A stretch of DNA of 64,000 nucleotides. It comes from Mobula hypostoma (Eukaryota). The position numbers and the translations under genes were made by a program. The stretch is taken from NCBI RefSeq assembly GCF_963921235.1, contig NC_086101.1:36704001-36768000 (forward strand), in the 5' to 3' direction. Position 1 is the first letter of the stretch; each line of letters starts with the position of its first letter. This document shows positions 61,365-64,000 of this stretch, one piece after another. Below the pieces are notes generated by a model. It saw only the letters and a program-made list of their open reading frames with translations. It had not been told where the DNA came from and did not search any database.

Positions 61365-64000
61365 GAAACATAGAAACATAGAAAACCTACAGCACAATAC
61401 AGGCCCTTCAGCACACAAAGCTGTGCCGAACATGTCCTTACCTGAGAAATTATCTAGGATTACCCATAGCCCTCTATTTTTCTGAGCTCCATGTACCTGT
61501 CCAGGAATCTCTTAAAAGACCCTATTGTATCCGCCTTCACCACCGTCGCTGGCAGCCCATTCCACGCACTCACCACTCCCTGCGTAAAAAAACTTACCTC
61601 TGACATCTCTTCTGTACCTGCTTCCAAGCACCTTAAAACTGTGCCCTCCCGTGCTAGCCATTTCAGCCCTGGGAAAAAGCCTCTGACTATCCACACGACC
61701 AATGCCTCTCATCATCTTATACACCTCTATCAGGTCACCTCTCATCCTCCGTTGCTCCAAGGAGAAAAGGCCGAGTTCACTCAGCCTATTCTCATAAGGC
61801 ATGCTCCCCAATCCAGGCAACAGACTTGTAAATCTCCTCTGCACCCTTTCTATGGTTTCCACATCCTTCCTATAGTGAAGCGACCAGATCTGAGCACAGT
61901 ACTCCAAGTGGGGTCTGACCAGGGTCCTATATAGCTGCAACATTACCTCTCGGCTCCTAAACTCAATACCATGATTGATGAAGGCCAATGCACCGTATGC
62001 TTTCTTAACCACAGAATCAACCTGCGCAGCAGCCTTGAGTGTCCTATGGACTTGGACCCCAAGATCCCTCTGATCCTCCACACTGCCAAGAGTCTTACCA
62101 TTAATACTATATTCTGCCATCATATTTGACCTACCAGAATGAACCACTTCACACTTATCTGGGTTGAACTCCATCTGTCACTTCTCAGCCCAGTTTTGCA
62201 TCCTATCAATGTCCCACTGTAACCTCTGACAGCCCTCCTCACTATCCAGAACACCTCCAACCTTTGTGTCATCAACAAATTTACTAACCCATTCCTCCAC
62301 ATCTTCATCCAGGTCATTTATAAAAATCACGAAAAGTAGGGGTCCCAGAACAGATCCCTGTGGCACACCACTGGTCGCTGACCTCTATGCAGAATATGAC
62401 CCGTCTACAACCACTCTTTGCCTTCTGTGGGCAAGCTAGTTCTGGATCCTCAAAGCAATGTCCCCTTGGACCCAATACCTCCTTACTTTCTCAATAAGCC
62501 TTGCATGGGGTACCTTGTCAAATGCCTTGCTGAAATCCATATACACTACATCTACTGCTCTTCCTTCATCAATGTGTTTAGTCACATCCTCAAAAAATTC
62601 AATCAGGGTCGTAAGGCATGACCTGCCTTTGACAAAGCCATGGTGACTATTCCTGATCATATTATGCCTCTCCAAATGTTCATAAATCCTGCCTCTCAGG
62701 ATCTTCTCCATCAACTTACCAACCACTGAAGTAAGACTCACTGGTTTATAATTTCCAGGGCTATCCCTACTCACTTTCTTGAATAAGAACCTCCCTCTGT
62801 AATTGGATCCTCGACCTCCTAACCCGAAGACCACGATCTGTGCAGATTGGTGATAACATACCCTCTTTGCTGACGATCAACACTGACGCACCTCAGGTGT
62901 GTGTGCTTAGCCCACTGCTCTACTCTCTGTATACACATGACTGTGTGGCTAGGCATGGCTCAAATACCATATACAAATTTGTTGATGATACAACCATCCT
63001 TGGTAGAATCTCAGGTGGTGACGAGACGGTGTACAGGAGCGAGATATGCCAACTAGTGAAATGGTGCTGCAGCAACAACCTGGCACTCAACGTCAGTAAG
63101 ACGAAAGAGCTGATTGTGGACTCAGGAAGGGTAAGACGAAGGAGCACATACCAATCATCATAGAGGGATCAGAAGTGGAGGGGGTGAGCAGTTTCAAGTT
63201 CGTGGATGTCAACACATCCGAGGATTTAGCCTGGTCCCAGCATATTGATGTGGTCACAAAGAAGACAAGACAGTGGCTATATTTTATTAGGAGTTAAAAG
63301 AGATTTGGCATGTCAACAAATATGCTCAAAAGCTTCTATAGATGTACTGTGGAGAGCATTCTGACAGGCTGCATCACTGTCTGGTATGGAAGGGCCACTG
63401 CACAGGACTGAAACAAGCTGCAGAAGGTTGTAAATCTAGTCAGCTCCATCTTGGGTACCAGCCTACAAAGTACCCAGGACATCTTTAGGCAGTGGTGTTT
63501 CAGAAAGGCAGCGTCCATTATTAAGGACCTCCAGCACCCAGGGCAGGCCCTTTTCTCACTGTTACCATCAGGTAGGAGGTACAGAAGCCTGAAGGTACAC
63601 TCTCAGCGATTCAGGAACAGCTTCTTCCTTCTGCCATCCAATTCCTAAATGGACATTGAACCTTTAGACACCACCTCACTTTTTTAATATACAGTTTCTG
63701 TTTTTGCACATTTTTTAATAATCTATTCAATATACATAATTGATTTACTTGTTTATTTATTATTATGTTTTATTTTATTTTATTTTTTTCTCTCTCTGCT
63801 AGATTATGTATTGCATTGAACCGCTGTTGCTAAGTTAGCAAATTTCATGTCACATGCTGGTGATAATAAACCTGATTCTGATATCCGCAACCCTCCAGTC
63901 CTCTGGAACCTCTCCCGTCCTCATTGATGATGCAAGGATCATCATCAGAGGCTCAGCCATCTCCTCCCTCGCCTTTCACAGTAGCCTGGGGTACATCTCG
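61365..64000 (-). mobile_element. CR1 LINE, interrupted by a Rex1 at 62788-63880 and continuing past the window end
   Basis: RT ORFs 61512..62174, 62178..62366 and 62436..62834; (tatgtttc)n tail; CR1 sequence resumes at 63881. Confidence 0.92.
62788..63880 (+). mobile_element. Rex1/Babar LINE, 5'-truncated
   Basis: PQVCVLSPLLYSLYTHDC…KFVDDTT…LNVSKTKEL; ends in aataaacctgattctg. Confidence 0.92.

Overview
This is repeat-dense vertebrate DNA, most likely from a cartilaginous fish. That assignment is inferred from the CR1, Rex1, Penelope, Deu-SINE and V-SINE content. I can support one host gene: a class A GPCR of the GPR183/EBI2 oxysterol-receptor family with an intronless CDS (26084-27142, +). 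Most of the rest is nested mobile DNA: young CR1 LINEs (one nearly complete, with esterase ORF1 and APE/RT ORF2), Rex1/Babar LINEs, a dead IR/DR Tc1 transposon, RTE/BovB-like elements, tRNA SINEs and three tandem arrays. The most striking signal comes from two families of Penelope-like elements (PLEs) whose pseudo-LTRs carry minimal type I hammerhead ribozyme motifs. Several are inserted as TSD-flanked foldback units, including a non-coding 285-bp element that forms a perfect 123-bp hairpin with a hammerhead motif on each strand (54315-54599). Repeat family names come from motifs I recalled, not from database searches. Boundaries of old repeats are approximate.
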